A stretch of 64,000 nucleotides of DNA, taken from assembly GCA_039981375.1 (NCBI GenBank), contig JBDXAK010000002.1:16494-80493 (forward strand), in the 5' to 3' direction. The notes under the pieces are model-generated. The model was not told the origin of the DNA. It ran no database searches and worked only from the letters and a program-made list of their open reading frames with translations. Below, piece after piece: positions 47,634 through 58,196 of the stretch. This DNA comes from Gilvibacter sp. GTDB taxonomy: Bacteria > Bacteroidota > Bacteroidia > Flavobacteriales > Flavobacteriaceae. A program made the position numbers and the translations under genes. The stretch's first letter is position 1. The number at the start of each line of letters is the position of its first letter.

Positions 47634-49550
47634 TTGAAACAATTAAGAGTGTTCCTGATTTTAAGCTTTGTGTTATTGCTAAGTCAGTATGCTTATTCGC
47701 AAGAGACCAGATTTGCTGTTGATTTAATTCCAGAAAACCTAAAAAATGGGGCCAGCGCAGTGGTCAGGATTGATCGCATGCAGATTGACATTGCATCGGT
47801 CAATCAATTTAGTCTAAACAGTAGAAGGGCTGTAACCGTGTTTAATACCTCTGGCTTTGATGCCGTTTTAAGCGCCGCCAGCTATGACCCAAATAAAATT
47901 TTAACCAAACTAGAGGCTAGAATTTATGACGCATCGGGTACACTGATAGAGACTATTGAGCAAAAAGATTTTTATGATGCCGCCGCAGTTGATGGCATAA
48001 GCATTTACCACGATAATCGATTAAAATATTTTAATTATACACCTACAAAATTTCCGATCACTATTGATTTTCGGTACCAGCAATCGATACAAAACAGTAC
48101 CGCTTTTATCCCAAGATGGAACCCCTTAGAACAACATGGGGTAAATATCGAGTTGTCAGAATATAAGCTTACCTACCCCGAAACGGCAAATGTGTCGCAT
48201 ATCACGTATAATTTTGAGAACTACGATATTTTAAGTGCTAATGCTCCAGGTACGATACAATATAGCTTAGTAAACTACATAAGTCCGCCAGAAGAACAAC
48301 TTGAGCCCGCCGCACATCGTATAGCGCCATCTGTAGTAGCAAAGCTAGATCGTTTTACCCTTGTAGGCATTCAAGGAGATTTGATGGATTGGGGGCAATT
48401 TGCTAAGTGGCAATACAAAAATTTACTGGCAAATCGTGATCAATTGCCAGAGACCACTAAAAGAAAGATTGCGCAGTTGGTAGTTGGGATAGAAGACCCG
48501 GAGGCCAAAGCGAGAGTTATTTACAAATATGTACAAGACAATACCAGATATATAAGTGTACAGCTGGGAATCGGTGGCTGGATGCCCGAACTGGCATCTG
48601 AAGTTGATAGGTTAAAATATGGCGATTGTAAAGGCCTGACCAATTATACAAAAGCTTTGTTGGCCTCTCAAGGAATCGAATCAAATTATGCGGTCGTATG
48701 GGCGGGAGAAGAAAAACAAAACATCGATCCAGACTTTACTTCTTTTAGCGGGAACCATGTAATTTTGAATGTCCCATTTAAAGATAAAGAGGTGTGGTTG
48801 GAATGTACAAATCAGCGCGTGCCTTTTGGATACTTGGGTTCGTTTACAGACAACAGAGAAGTGTTACTTGTTAGCCCGAATGGAGGAGACATCGTGTCTA
48901 CCGTTGCCTATCCAGATAGTTTAAATATTACCAAAGTCAGGGCACAGTTCGACGTTTTGAATAATGGAGACTTGCATGGCGATTTAAAAATAACTTCTAC
49001 AGGTATTAATTATGAACAGCGCTTTTGGCTCACAACGCAAAATATTGATCAGCAATCGGTTTTTTATAAAACATTGTGGCCAGAGCTTACGTCTTTATCT
49101 TTAGCTGCTGCTTCGTATTCAGACGATAGAGAAAAGATAGTGTTTAAAGAAGACATTGCATTAATCAATGAACGCTATGGTATTACTAGCGAGAATGAGA
49201 TGAGGTTGCGTTTAAACCCACTCGCCGCGAACGACTTGGTCCCTTCGCGATATAGAACGAGAACAAAACCCTTTGAAATTTTGCGGGGGAGTGTTCAAGA
49301 ATCGGAATATTACATTAAATTGCCAGTAGGGTTTGGGCTTCAAAATTTGCCAGATTCAGTAGGTATTGAGAATATCTTTGGAACCTACGACTTGAGTTTT
49401 GAATCGTTAGAAGAAAACACAATTAAACTCACTCGAAAACTATTTATACGCGAGGGATTTTATTCTAAGGAAAAATATAACGACTATAGAAATTTTATGC
49501 GTGCAGTTCAAAGAGGAGATAAAACCAGCGTGATTTTAAGCAAACAATAA
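47634..49550 (+). CDS. DUF3857 + transglutaminase-like protein, intact triad (pair 2, gene A)
   Basis: RYISVQLGIGGW, GDCKGLTNY, GNHVIL and WLECT motifs; signal peptide. Confidence 0.85.
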   Translation: MKQLRVFLILSFVLLLSQYAYSQETRFAVDLIPENLKNGASAVVRIDRMQIDIASVNQFSLNSRRAVTVFNTSGFDAVLSAASYDPNKILTKLEARIYDASGTLIETIEQKDFYDAAAVDGISIYHDNRLKYFNYTPTKFPITIDFRYQQSIQNSTAFIPRWNPLEQHGVNIELSEYKLTYPETANVSHITYNFENYDILSANAPGTIQYSLVNYISPPEEQLEPAAHRIAPSVVAKLDRFTLVGIQGDLMDWGQFAKWQYKNLLANRDQLPETTKRKIAQLVVGIEDPEAKARVIYKYVQDNTRYISVQLGIGGWMPELASEVDRLKYGDCKGLTNYTKALLASQGIESNYAVVWAGEEKQNIDPDFTSFSGNHVILNVPFKDKEVWLECTNQRVPFGYLGSFTDNREVLLVSPNGGDIVSTVAYPDSLNITKVRAQFDVLNNGDLHGDLKITSTGINYEQRFWLTTQNIDQQSVFYKTLWPELTSLSLAAASYSDDREKIVFKEDIALINERYGITSENEMRLRLNPLAANDLVPSRYRTRTKPFEILRGSVQESEYYIKLPVGFGLQNLPDSVGIENIFGTYDLSFESLEENTIKLTRKLFIREGFYSKEKYNDYRNFMRAVQRGDKTSVILSKQ

Positions 49551-51560
49551 ATGAATAAAATTCTACTTTTTATAGTTTTAATGGCCTTCGGAACAGCTCA
49601 TGCGCAAGACGATAAGGTGACGTTTGGAAAAGTTTCGATCCCAGAGCTAGAACAAAAATTTTATCCCAAGGATTCTACAGCTCCTGCTGCCTATTTGTAT
49701 CGCGATGTAAGGGTGTATTATGATTATGTAAAGAGCAAAGGGTTTGTTCTCATGAAAGAGGTTCACGAGCGCATCAAAATCTATAGCAAAGAAGGATTAG
49801 AATATGCCAATCAAAATATGCGCTATTATGTTGGGGGTAATCTGGACGAGAAGATTACCAATATTAAAGGAAAAACATATAATCTAAACAATGGTGTGGT
49901 AAGTACCACAGAACTTAGCAAGTCTGGTATTTTTGACGAAGACATGAACAAATATTGGGCTCAGAAAAAGATCGCCTTGCCTAACGTAAGAGAAGGCTCA
50001 GTTGTGGAGTACAAGTATAAGTTATCTTCTCCTTACATACGGAGTATCGATGAGATTCCATTGCAGTATTTTGTACCAGTAAAATATCAGAACGTACGCA
50101 TCGAGATTCCAGAGTATTATGTTTTTAAGCCTAACGTAAAAGGATATTTGCTATTAGAACCAGAGATTACTAAAGGTCGTGAGCGTATAAATTTTGTGGT
50201 AAGTTATACTGGTTCGGGAAGGCTGGAAGGCGCTAGTACCACTTCACGTTCGAGAAGCGTAGACTATGCGACCAATAAAATGAAATATATAATGCGCGAT
50301 GTGCCTGCACTAAAAAGGGAGCCTCTTGTAAATAGCATGCGTAATTATTTAGGTGCGATTAAATTTGAGTTGCAGTATACCAGATTTCCAGACAGCCCCT
50401 TAGAAAATTATTCGACGAGTTGGGAAAATGTGGCAGAAACAATTTACAACGATTTTTATAAATCAGAAATTGAACAGCAAAAGTATTTTATCGATGCGTT
50501 AGCTCCTAAATTACAGGGAGTGGAATCGGATTTAGAGAAGATGGCTATCATCTTTAATCATGTGAAGTCCAAAATGACCTGGAATGGTTTTGAAAGCGTC
50601 GCAGTGGGCGATGGCGTTAAAAAGGCTTATCAAGAAGGAAAGGGTGATGTTGCAGAAATAAACCTGATGCTTCTGGGGATGCTCAAATATGCTGGGTTAG
50701 AAGCCTATCCGGTGTTAGTAAGCACAAGGGACAATGGGATTCCTGTATTGCCTACTATACACGGTTTTAATTATGTGGTGGTTGCGGTACAGTTTGACGA
50801 CGGGGTGCGTTTTTTGGATGCAACTTCGCCATTTAGCATGCCCAACCTCTTGCCCGATAGAGCACTTAATTGGTACGGCCGTGTTATTTTAGAAGACGGT
50901 ACCTCGAGCACTGTAAATTTAATTCCAAAATACAGCTCTAAGAAGATTATAAATATGATGGTAGATTTGACAGAAAACGGTGATATTAGTGGTCGCTTTA
51001 GAGAACAAAACACCAATCATCTGGCCAAAAAAACTCGAATAGAGTATGGCATAAAAGGCGAAACTGATTTCGTACTCGATCTTGCTGCCAATTACGATGA
51101 TATAGAGATTTCAAATTATAAAATCAAACATCTCTCAGATTTAGCCAAAGCTGTGATTCAAGATTTCGAGATTTATAAAGAAGACCAACTTGAGGTAATC
51201 GATGGGAAGCTATATTTTGAGCCTATGTTCTTTTTAACCACAAAAGAAACTCCATTTAAAAGCAGTGTAAGAAACTTTCCTGTAGATTTCACCTATCCTA
51301 ATGAGAACAAGTATTTAATCAATATAAATATACCAGAAGGCTATAAAGTGGAACGGTTGCCAGAAGCAACTACGATTGCACTGCCAGACAATATTGGATC
51401 ATTTAAATTTAAAGCCCAAGAAAGTCCAACTGGTATAAATGTTAGCTGTACAATCACAATCAATCAATCGGTGATAGGGCCAAATACATATCCATTGTTG
51501 CAAGAATTTTTTAACACTATCATTAAAAAGCAGCAAGAGCGAATCGTGCTTTCCCGCTAG
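49551..51560 (+). CDS. DUF3857 + transglutaminase-like protein, degenerate triad (pair 2, gene B)
   Basis: KGDVAEINLML has no Cys; FNYVV and FLDATS present. The ATG directly abuts the previous stop codon. Confidence 0.82.
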   Translation: MNKILLFIVLMAFGTAHAQDDKVTFGKVSIPELEQKFYPKDSTAPAAYLYRDVRVYYDYVKSKGFVLMKEVHERIKIYSKEGLEYANQNMRYYVGGNLDEKITNIKGKTYNLNNGVVSTTELSKSGIFDEDMNKYWAQKKIALPNVREGSVVEYKYKLSSPYIRSIDEIPLQYFVPVKYQNVRIEIPEYYVFKPNVKGYLLLEPEITKGRERINFVVSYTGSGRLEGASTTSRSRSVDYATNKMKYIMRDVPALKREPLVNSMRNYLGAIKFELQYTRFPDSPLENYSTSWENVAETIYNDFYKSEIEQQKYFIDALAPKLQGVESDLEKMAIIFNHVKSKMTWNGFESVAVGDGVKKAYQEGKGDVAEINLMLLGMLKYAGLEAYPVLVSTRDNGIPVLPTIHGFNYVVVAVQFDDGVRFLDATSPFSMPNLLPDRALNWYGRVILEDGTSSTVNLIPKYSSKKIINMMVDLTENGDISGRFREQNTNHLAKKTRIEYGIKGETDFVLDLAANYDDIEISNYKIKHLSDLAKAVIQDFEIYKEDQLEVIDGKLYFEPMFFLTTKETPFKSSVRNFPVDFTYPNENKYLININIPEGYKVERLPEATTIALPDNIGSFKFKAQESPTGINVSCTITINQSVIGPNTYPLLQEFFNTIIKKQQERIVLSR

Positions 51561-51590
51561 ATTATTACTTTAGAAATAAACAAACCAACT

Positions 51591-51830
51591 ATGAGCATTT
51601 TTAATAGAATAGTCAAAATGAGGTCCTTCTGGAAGTCTGTACTTTCTTTAGGGTCGGCCTTTGTGGTGGTCATGATTTTTATCTACTGGGGAATGAGTGG
51701 CTTTAGTAAAGCTTTTTTTACGGGAAAAGACCCTTTAACCTTCGCGTTAATTACTTTCTTAAGCGGATTCTTTTATGGTTTCTTAGTTTCTTACGGTAAA
51801 TTCTGGGCCAAACATAAAAGAGATCAGTAG
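51591..51830 (+). CDS. small two-helix membrane protein
   Basis: 79-aa ORF with two hydrophobic segments, filling the gap and ending 1 nt before aroA. Confidence 0.7.
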   Translation: MSIFNRIVKMRSFWKSVLSLGSAFVVVMIFIYWGMSGFSKAFFTGKDPLTFALITFLSGFFYGFLVSYGKFWAKHKRDQ

Positions 51831-51831
51831 T

Positions 51832-53079
51832 ATGAGGTATCGGCTTAGTTTTAGTACTGCTGAATTAGGCAGGCATTCGTTGCAAATAACAGGCTCAAAG
51901 AGCGAGACCAATCGATTGCTTATTTTGCAAGGATTGTACCCTAAGATGTCTATTAAGGGCGCATCAGAAAGTGATGATTCTAAAGTTTTAACAAAGGCGT
52001 TAAGTGATAATACTGTCGAACAAATCGATGTACATCATGCTGGCACAGCCATGCGTTTTTTAACAAGTTATTTGGCTATACAAGCAGGTAGAGAGGTGGT
52101 GTTAACGGGCAGTGAACGCATGCAACAACGCCCTATTGGTGTTTTGGTAGATGCGCTGCGCAGTCTGGGGGCAGAGATTACCTATATGAGCAAAGAGGGT
52201 TTTCCGCCAATAAGAATCACCGGTAAAAGATTAGATAAAAACCAAGTGCGTATTCAAGCAGATGTGAGTAGTCAATATATCTCATCGCTGATGCTTATTG
52301 CGCCTGCTTTGCCAGAGGGCTTAACGATTCTACTTGATGGAAAAGTAACTTCTGTGCCCTACATTAAAATGACGGTTTCGCTGCTCAGAGAAATCGGGAT
52401 TACGGCAAATTTTCACGAACAAACCATTCAAATTGAGCCTTTAGCAGCTCAGGATATGGAATTGACCGAATCTGTGGTAGTAGAATCCGATTGGAGTTCG
52501 GCTTCTTATTTTTATAGTTTGGTGGCCCTCTCCAAGGATGCGACCATTCAATTGCAGACTTATTTAGAAAATAGTAGACAAGGCGATTCGGCGCTCGCCA
52601 AGATATATGAACAATTAGGAGTGTCTACCAGCTTCGATTCAGATCAAAAAAGCATTCGACTCACTAAAAACAACAGACAATTACCTGAGCTACTAATCCT
52701 AAATTTGGCAAATACGCCAGATTTGGCGCAGACCATTGCGGTTAGTTGCTTTGGACTAGGAATTGCCTGCGAGCTAACTGGCTTGCATACCTTAAAAATA
52801 AAGGAGACCGATAGATTGGTCGCTTTGCAAAAAGAGCTAAGTAAATTAGGTGCAACTTGTGAAGTCACAAACGACAGTCTGCATCTAAAGGCAAGTGATT
52901 CTATTCAAAAAGAGGTAAGTGTCGATACCTATCAAGATCATCGTATGGCCATGGCATTTGCTCCTTTGGCCTTAAAGGTGCCCATCTGCATAAACCAGCC
53001 CGAAGTGGTTTCTAAGTCTTTTCCTAGCTATTGGGAAGACTTAAGAAGTTTGGGTGCAATAATCCAAGAGCAAAGATAA
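51832..53079 (+). CDS. aroA: 3-phosphoshikimate 1-carboxyvinyltransferase (EPSP synthase)
   Basis: GSKSETNR, AGTAMRF, RMQQRPI, SSQYISSL, KETDR and DHRMAMAF motifs. Confidence 0.96.
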   Translation: MRYRLSFSTAELGRHSLQITGSKSETNRLLILQGLYPKMSIKGASESDDSKVLTKALSDNTVEQIDVHHAGTAMRFLTSYLAIQAGREVVLTGSERMQQRPIGVLVDALRSLGAEITYMSKEGFPPIRITGKRLDKNQVRIQADVSSQYISSLMLIAPALPEGLTILLDGKVTSVPYIKMTVSLLREIGITANFHEQTIQIEPLAAQDMELTESVVVESDWSSASYFYSLVALSKDATIQLQTYLENSRQGDSALAKIYEQLGVSTSFDSDQKSIRLTKNNRQLPELLILNLANTPDLAQTIAVSCFGLGIACELTGLHTLKIKETDRLVALQKELSKLGATCEVTNDSLHLKASDSIQKEVSVDTYQDHRMAMAFAPLALKVPICINQPEVVSKSFPSYWEDLRSLGAIIQEQR

Positions 53080-53091
53080 TGCTCAAAATAC

Positions 53092-53123
53092 TTGACAACC
53101 CCCTGTTTGAGATTGTATATTTG
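53092..53123 (+). promoter_or_regulatory. Bacteroidota sigma-70 promoter of queA
   Basis: TTG (53092-94), N21, TATATTTG (53116-23), a consensus -7 box. Confidence 0.7.
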
Positions 53124-53155
53124 CAACCTTTCGAACGTAAATAACCGCACACTAT

Positions 53156-54205
53156 ATGAAGCTATCCAACTTTAACTTTGATCTTCCAGAAGAATTACTT
53201 GCCGAATATCCAGCTCCTAACAGAGACGAGTCTCGTCTTATGGTTTTGAACAGAGAAACCAAGACCATCGAGCATAAAATGTTTAAAGATCTGATAGATT
53301 ATTTTAATGAAGACGATGTTTTAGTGCTAAACAATACCAAGGTTTTTCCGGCCCGTCTTTTTGGGAACAAAGAAAAAACTGGGGCTCGTATCGAGGTATT
53401 TTTATTAAGAGAACTAAATCCAGAAACCAGACTTTGGGATGTTTTGGTAGATCCTGCCAGAAAAATTAGAATCGGAAACAAGCTGTACTTTGGTGACGAT
53501 GAGAGTCTTGTTGCAGAAGTAATAGACAACACAACCTCTAGAGGGCGTACGCTTCGTTTTTTATATGATGGATCTTATCAAGAGTTTAGAAGCAAACTCA
53601 ACGAGCTTGGGCAAACACCCTTGCCTAAGTATATTAAAAGAGATGTTGAGCCAGAAGACGAAGACCGTTACCAAACTATCTATGCCAAAAAGGAAGGAGC
53701 TGTTGCAGCCCCTACAGCTGGTTTGCACTTTTCTAAACACTTAATGAAGCGTTTAGAGATAAAAGGTGTTCATTTTAGTGAAGTTACTTTGCATGTTGGG
53801 TTAGGCACCTTTAGCCCTGTTGAGGTAGAAGATTTATCGAAGCACAAAATGGACTCAGAAGAAATTGCGATTTCTGCCGAGGCCGCTCGTGTGATAAACA
53901 ATGGAGTTGCCAACAAAAGAAGAGTTTGTGCCGTGGGAACCACAGCCATGAGAGCTTTAGAGAGTTCGGTGAGTTCTAATCACACTTTAAACCCGTACGA
54001 AGGATGGACCAATAAATTTATTTTTCCTCCTTACGAATTTAGCATTGCCAACGCTATGGTAACAAATTTACATACTCCTAAAAGCACGCTATTGATGATG
54101 GTTTCTGCCTTTGCAGGTCATGAGTTTATCAAAGAAGCCTATCAAGAAGCGATCAAAGAAAAGTATAGGTTTTATACCTACGGCGATGCCATGTTAATCA
54201 TTTAA
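53156..54205 (+). CDS. queA: S-adenosylmethionine:tRNA ribosyltransferase-isomerase
   Basis: [41 protein letters not shown] and [12 protein letters not shown] motifs. Confidence 0.97.
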   Translation: MKLSNFNFDLPEELLAEYPAPNRDESRLMVLNRETKTIEHKMFKDLIDYFNEDDVLVLNNTKVFPARLFGNKEKTGARIEVFLLRELNPETRLWDVLVDPARKIRIGNKLYFGDDESLVAEVIDNTTSRGRTLRFLYDGSYQEFRSKLNELGQTPLPKYIKRDVEPEDEDRYQTIYAKKEGAVAAPTAGLHFSKHLMKRLEIKGVHFSEVTLHVGLGTFSPVEVEDLSKHKMDSEEIAISAEAARVINNGVANKRRVCAVGTTAMRALESSVSSNHTLNPYEGWTNKFIFPPYEFSIANAMVTNLHTPKSTLLMMVSAFAGHEFIKEAYQEAIKEKYRFYTYGDAMLII

Positions 54206-54227
54206 CAACTGCCGCTATATACGCTAT

Positions 54228-54260
54228 AAGCCCCAATACACAGGTATTGGGGTTTTTTTT
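54228..54260 (+). terminator. intrinsic terminator after queA
   Basis: CCCCAATAC acag GTATTGGGG followed by T8. Confidence 0.88.
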
Positions 54261-54372
54261 GTCATCTTGGGGGAAATTCCTGCTTTACTATTTGGAATAT
54301 TTGCTGTACATTAGTGTCTTAAACCCTAATGAGACTGCTCATGGAGTAGTTTTCATACTAACAAAAAAACTA

Positions 54373-56007
54373 ATGAGAAAAATTACTTTACTATGTGCCT
54401 TACTTTGCGCAGTTGCTATGAGCGCTCAAGTTACAGGCGAAGGCACCCCGCTTAGTTGGGACCTTTCTAATAGAAGTGCTGTTACACCTATAGTAATGCC
54501 AGCCTTAGACATGATGGCCATTACTGCAGAAGATGCCGCTACCGAAGATAAAAGCGGAGCCCCTTGGCGATTTGGAATCGAGATCCCTGTTAACTTGGGA
54601 TTGACCAATGCAGGTGTTTGGGACGAGCTACCAAATGGAGATGGAATCTGGAGAATAAATGTGGTGTCTCAAGGTGCAAAAACAATCAACTTTGTTTTTG
54701 ACCAATACAAACTTCCCGCAGGAGCTTCAGTGTATATTTACAATAACGAACGAACCAGTATGATTGGTGCTTACACAAGCATTTTAAACAACGAAGAGAT
54801 GTTGCTAGGTACTTGGATGGTAGATGGTGAATCTGTTTGGGTGGAATATCACGAGCCTAAGGCTGTAAGAGGCGAAGGCTTATTAAACTTGAATAAAGTG
54901 GTTCATGGATATCGTTCAAAAACAGACATGATTCTAACAACCAAGGGTCTTAATGATTCTGGAAATTGCAACCATGATGTAGATTGCCCTGTTGGAGGAG
55001 ATTGGGATCCATTTAAAGAAGATCTTAAACGCTCAGTAGCTTTACAGATAATGGGTGGATTTGTATGTTCAGGAGCCTTGATAAACAACACGGCCAACGA
55101 CAGAACCCCTTACTTTTTAACTGCCAATCACTGCGACACAGGAACAAGTCCTGCAACGTGGTCTTGGCGCTTTAACTGGAGAAGTCCTTCTCCATCTTGT
55201 GGAACCACCGCGCCGAGTACATCTAGTTCTTGGAATACAACAAGTGGTGCATTAAAAAGAGCGCAAAATTCACAATCAGACTTTATGTTAATGGAGCTAA
55301 ACGGAACCCTTCCTGATACTTGGAATTTAGTTTGGGCTGGTTGGAATAGAAGTACAACTGCAGTTCCAGATTTCACGGTAGGTATTCACCATCCTGCTGG
55401 TGACATTATGAAAGTATGTCGCGACGACGAATCTCCTTTTAAAGGATCTATCGGTGGTGCCCAAGTTTGGGTAATTAGCGGTACTGGCTGGGGAGGCGGA
55501 GACGGTTGGGACATTGGCGTTACAGAAGGAGGGTCTTCGGGCTCACCTCTCTTTAATGAAGATGGGCATATCGTAGGACAATTATTTGGTGGTGCTGCGG
55601 CTTGTTCCGGTACAAACGATAACAGTCAATATGATTATTATGGTCGTTTAGAAGAAGCTTGGGATACAGGCAGTTCTGCGACTAATAGTTTACAGCCATG
55701 GCTAGATCCGGACGACGATGCTGGCGATACTTTAGAGACACTGTCGACTACAGAATTTCAGTTTGAAGCCAACTTATCGATCTTCCCAAATCCTGCATCT
55801 ACACTTCTTAACGTAGTGAATTTTGGAGGAACAGATTTGGACTATGAAGTATATTCGATGTTAGGACAAGTAATCAAGCGCGGTACTTTTAGCGCTGTGA
55901 ATAACGAGATAAACGTATCTGATTATACAGAAGGTATTTATTTTGTGAAGATCATCGACAACGAAAACAATGCTAGTATCACCAAAAAGATTGTGGTACG
56001 TCACTAA
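54373..56007 (+). CDS. T9SS-secreted trypsin-like serine protease (lysyl endopeptidase-like) with type A CTD
   Basis: Signal peptide from the ATG at 54373 and a propeptide. Triad TANHC / SDFML / GSSGSP. CTD reads LSIFPNPAS...YSMLGQ...GIYFVKI...KKIVV. Confidence 0.92.
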   Translation: MRKITLLCALLCAVAMSAQVTGEGTPLSWDLSNRSAVTPIVMPALDMMAITAEDAATEDKSGAPWRFGIEIPVNLGLTNAGVWDELPNGDGIWRINVVSQGAKTINFVFDQYKLPAGASVYIYNNERTSMIGAYTSILNNEEMLLGTWMVDGESVWVEYHEPKAVRGEGLLNLNKVVHGYRSKTDMILTTKGLNDSGNCNHDVDCPVGGDWDPFKEDLKRSVALQIMGGFVCSGALINNTANDRTPYFLTANHCDTGTSPATWSWRFNWRSPSPSCGTTAPSTSSSWNTTSGALKRAQNSQSDFMLMELNGTLPDTWNLVWAGWNRSTTAVPDFTVGIHHPAGDIMKVCRDDESPFKGSIGGAQVWVISGTGWGGGDGWDIGVTEGGSSGSPLFNEDGHIVGQLFGGAAACSGTNDNSQYDYYGRLEEAWDTGSSATNSLQPWLDPDDDAGDTLETLSTTEFQFEANLSIFPNPASTLLNVVNFGGTDLDYEVYSMLGQVIKRGTFSAVNNEINVSDYTEGIYFVKIIDNENNASITKKIVVRH

Positions 56008-56024
56008 GACCAAAAGCATAACTT

Positions 56025-56057
56025 ATAAAAGCCCTTCTGCACAGAAGGGCTTTTTTT
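56025..56057 (+). terminator. intrinsic terminator after the protease gene
   Basis: AAAAGCCCTTCT gcac AGAAGGGC followed by T7. Confidence 0.9.
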
Positions 56058-56094
56058 ATGGTATAAACTAATCGAATTGTAGTAGTTTTGCGCT

Positions 56095-57135
56095 GTGAAA
56101 GATTCCAAAAAAGACATACGAGCCTTAACTAAGGAGCAATTACGCAATTTTTTTGAGAGTGTTGGAGACAAGGCTTTTAGAGGGAACCAAGTGTACGAAT
56201 GGCTTTGGGTTAAAGGCAGTCATAAGTTTGAAGACATGACCAATTTGTCTAAAGAGACACGCCAATTGCTCGAAGACAATTTTGTGATCAATCACATCGC
56301 CGTTGACCAGATGCAAAAGAGTAGCGATGGTACCATTAAAAATGCTGTAAAATTACACGATGGTTTGGTAGTAGAGTCTGTGTTGATTCCTGTAAAAGAT
56401 CGCACGACGGCCTGTGTGTCGAGCCAAGTGGGTTGCAGTCTTGATTGTGCTTTTTGCGCCACAGCAAGCCTTAAACGCATGCGTAACCTAAACCCAGACG
56501 AGATTTACGATCAGGTGGTTGCAATTCATAGAGAGAGTGAGCTATACTTTAATAGACCTTTATCTAATATTGTTTTTATGGGCATGGGCGAACCGCTTAT
56601 GAACTATAAGAACGTACTTGCATCTATAGACAAAATCACCGATAAGGAAGGTTTAGGCATGTCGCCAAAGCGAATAACCCTGAGTACCTCTGGAGTACCT
56701 AAGATGATCAAAAAGATGGCAGACGATGGGGTCAAATTTAACCTGGCGGTTTCGCTTCATAGTGCCATTCAAGAGACTAGAGAAAGCATTATGCCTTTTG
56801 CCAAGAATTTTACATTAGACGATCTTAAAGAGGCTTTAGAGTATTGGTACGAAAAAACCAATAAAAGAATCACTTACGAATATGTTGTCTGGAACGGCAT
56901 TAACGATAAACCAGAAGACATTAAGGCCTTAGTGCAGTTTTGTAAAGCGGTGCCTTGCAAGGTGAACATTATCGAGTACAATCCTATTGGTGACCCTAAT
57001 TTTACTCAAGCCAGTAAAGAAGCAATCGACGCCTATATACATGGTTTAGAGAAAAACAAAATTCCTGTTACTGTACGTCGTAGTAGGGGTAAAGACATAG
57101 ACGCGGCCTGCGGACAATTGGCCAATAAACACTAA
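56095..57135 (+). CDS. rlmN: 23S rRNA (adenine-C2)-methyltransferase, radical SAM
   Basis: CVSSQVGCSLDCAFC, VFMGMGEP, AVSLH and DIDAACGQL motifs. Confidence 0.97.
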   Translation: MKDSKKDIRALTKEQLRNFFESVGDKAFRGNQVYEWLWVKGSHKFEDMTNLSKETRQLLEDNFVINHIAVDQMQKSSDGTIKNAVKLHDGLVVESVLIPVKDRTTACVSSQVGCSLDCAFCATASLKRMRNLNPDEIYDQVVAIHRESELYFNRPLSNIVFMGMGEPLMNYKNVLASIDKITDKEGLGMSPKRITLSTSGVPKMIKKMADDGVKFNLAVSLHSAIQETRESIMPFAKNFTLDDLKEALEYWYEKTNKRITYEYVVWNGINDKPEDIKALVQFCKAVPCKVNIIEYNPIGDPNFTQASKEAIDAYIHGLEKNKIPVTVRRSRGKDIDAACGQLANKH

Positions 57136-57170
57136 CTAAAGCGGGTCTAAATTGACTATCTTTGTGATAC

Positions 57171-58148
57171 ATGAAGGTGGTTTCCCAAATAAAACTTCCC
57201 ATTGAACACGAGATGGAACTCTTCGAGAAGAAGTTCTCTATTTCGATGTCTTCTAAGGTTCCCTTATTAAATAAAATTACACATTACGTTGTAAACCGCA
57301 AAGGCAAACAGATGCGCCCTATGTTTGTTTTTTTAATCGCCAAAATGATTAACGATGGCGATGTGAACGAACGCACCTTTAGGGGTGCTAATGTTATAGA
57401 ACTGATTCATACGGCGACCTTGGTTCATGATGATGTGGTAGACGACAGTAATAAACGCAGGGGCTTTTTCTCTATCAATGCCCTTTGGAAGAACAAGATT
57501 GCTGTTTTAGTAGGTGATTTTTTATTGTCTAAAGGCATGCTCATGTGTATAGACAACGACGACTTTGATTTGCTAAAAATAATTTCGCGCGCAGTGCGTG
57601 AGATGAGCGAAGGCGAATTGTTACAAATAGAAAAGGCACGCAAGCTCGATATTACAGAAGAGGTATATTATGAGATAATCAGGCAAAAAACAGCTACCCT
57701 TATCGCCGCCTGTTGCGCGATGGGAGCACAGTCTGTAAATGCTCCAAAAGAAGAGGTTGAGCATATGCGTAAGTTTGGAGAACTCATTGGAATGGCTTTC
57801 CAAATCAAGGATGATTTGTTTGATTATGGCGAAGAAAAAATAGGCAAACCAACGGGTATCGATATCAAGGAGCAAAAAATGACTTTACCATTAATTTACG
57901 CTCTCAATAGCGCCGATGCTAACAAAAAAAGATGGCTAATCAATTCTGTCAAAAATCACAATACAGATAAAAAGCGAGTAAAAGAAGTAATTGAATATGT
58001 AAAAGAGGCTGGGGGATTGGAGTATGCGATTTCTAAAATGAAATGGTTTCAGCAAGAAGCCATGCAATTACTTTCGTCTTATCCAGAATCCGACTTTAAG
58101 GCTTCTTTAGAGCTAATGATAGGCTATGTGATTGATCGCAAAAAGTAA
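57171..58148 (+). CDS. long-chain polyprenyl diphosphate synthase
   Basis: GKQMRP, FARM LVHDDVVD, KTA and SARM FQIKDD motifs. Confidence 0.94.
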   Translation: MKVVSQIKLPIEHEMELFEKKFSISMSSKVPLLNKITHYVVNRKGKQMRPMFVFLIAKMINDGDVNERTFRGANVIELIHTATLVHDDVVDDSNKRRGFFSINALWKNKIAVLVGDFLLSKGMLMCIDNDDFDLLKIISRAVREMSEGELLQIEKARKLDITEEVYYEIIRQKTATLIAACCAMGAQSVNAPKEEVEHMRKFGELIGMAFQIKDDLFDYGEEKIGKPTGIDIKEQKMTLPLIYALNSADANKKRWLINSVKNHNTDKKRVKEVIEYVKEAGGLEYAISKMKWFQQEAMQLLSSYPESDFKASLELMIGYVIDRKK

Positions 58149-58196
58149 TAAGGCATAACCTTTGCTATACTTTTTTAAATTTTTTTTATTCCCCAG

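Noticed and set aside
53080-53155. Possible preQ1 riboswitch before queA
   Set aside because: No preQ1 stem or A-rich tail consensus is visible. The region is explained by a consensus promoter and a short leader.
54329-54356. Imperfect hairpin in the protease 5' UTR (ATGAGACTGCTC atg GAGTAGTTTTCAT)
   Set aside because: It depends on several wobble pairs and shows no ligand-binding or switching features. At most it is a stabilising stem.
54247-54372. Extended N-terminus of the T9SS protease in the ORF track
   Set aside because: The TTG lies inside the queA terminator, and the signal peptide begins at the ATG at 54373. The extended starts at 6432, 42055, 43467 and 60805 were rejected for similar reasons.
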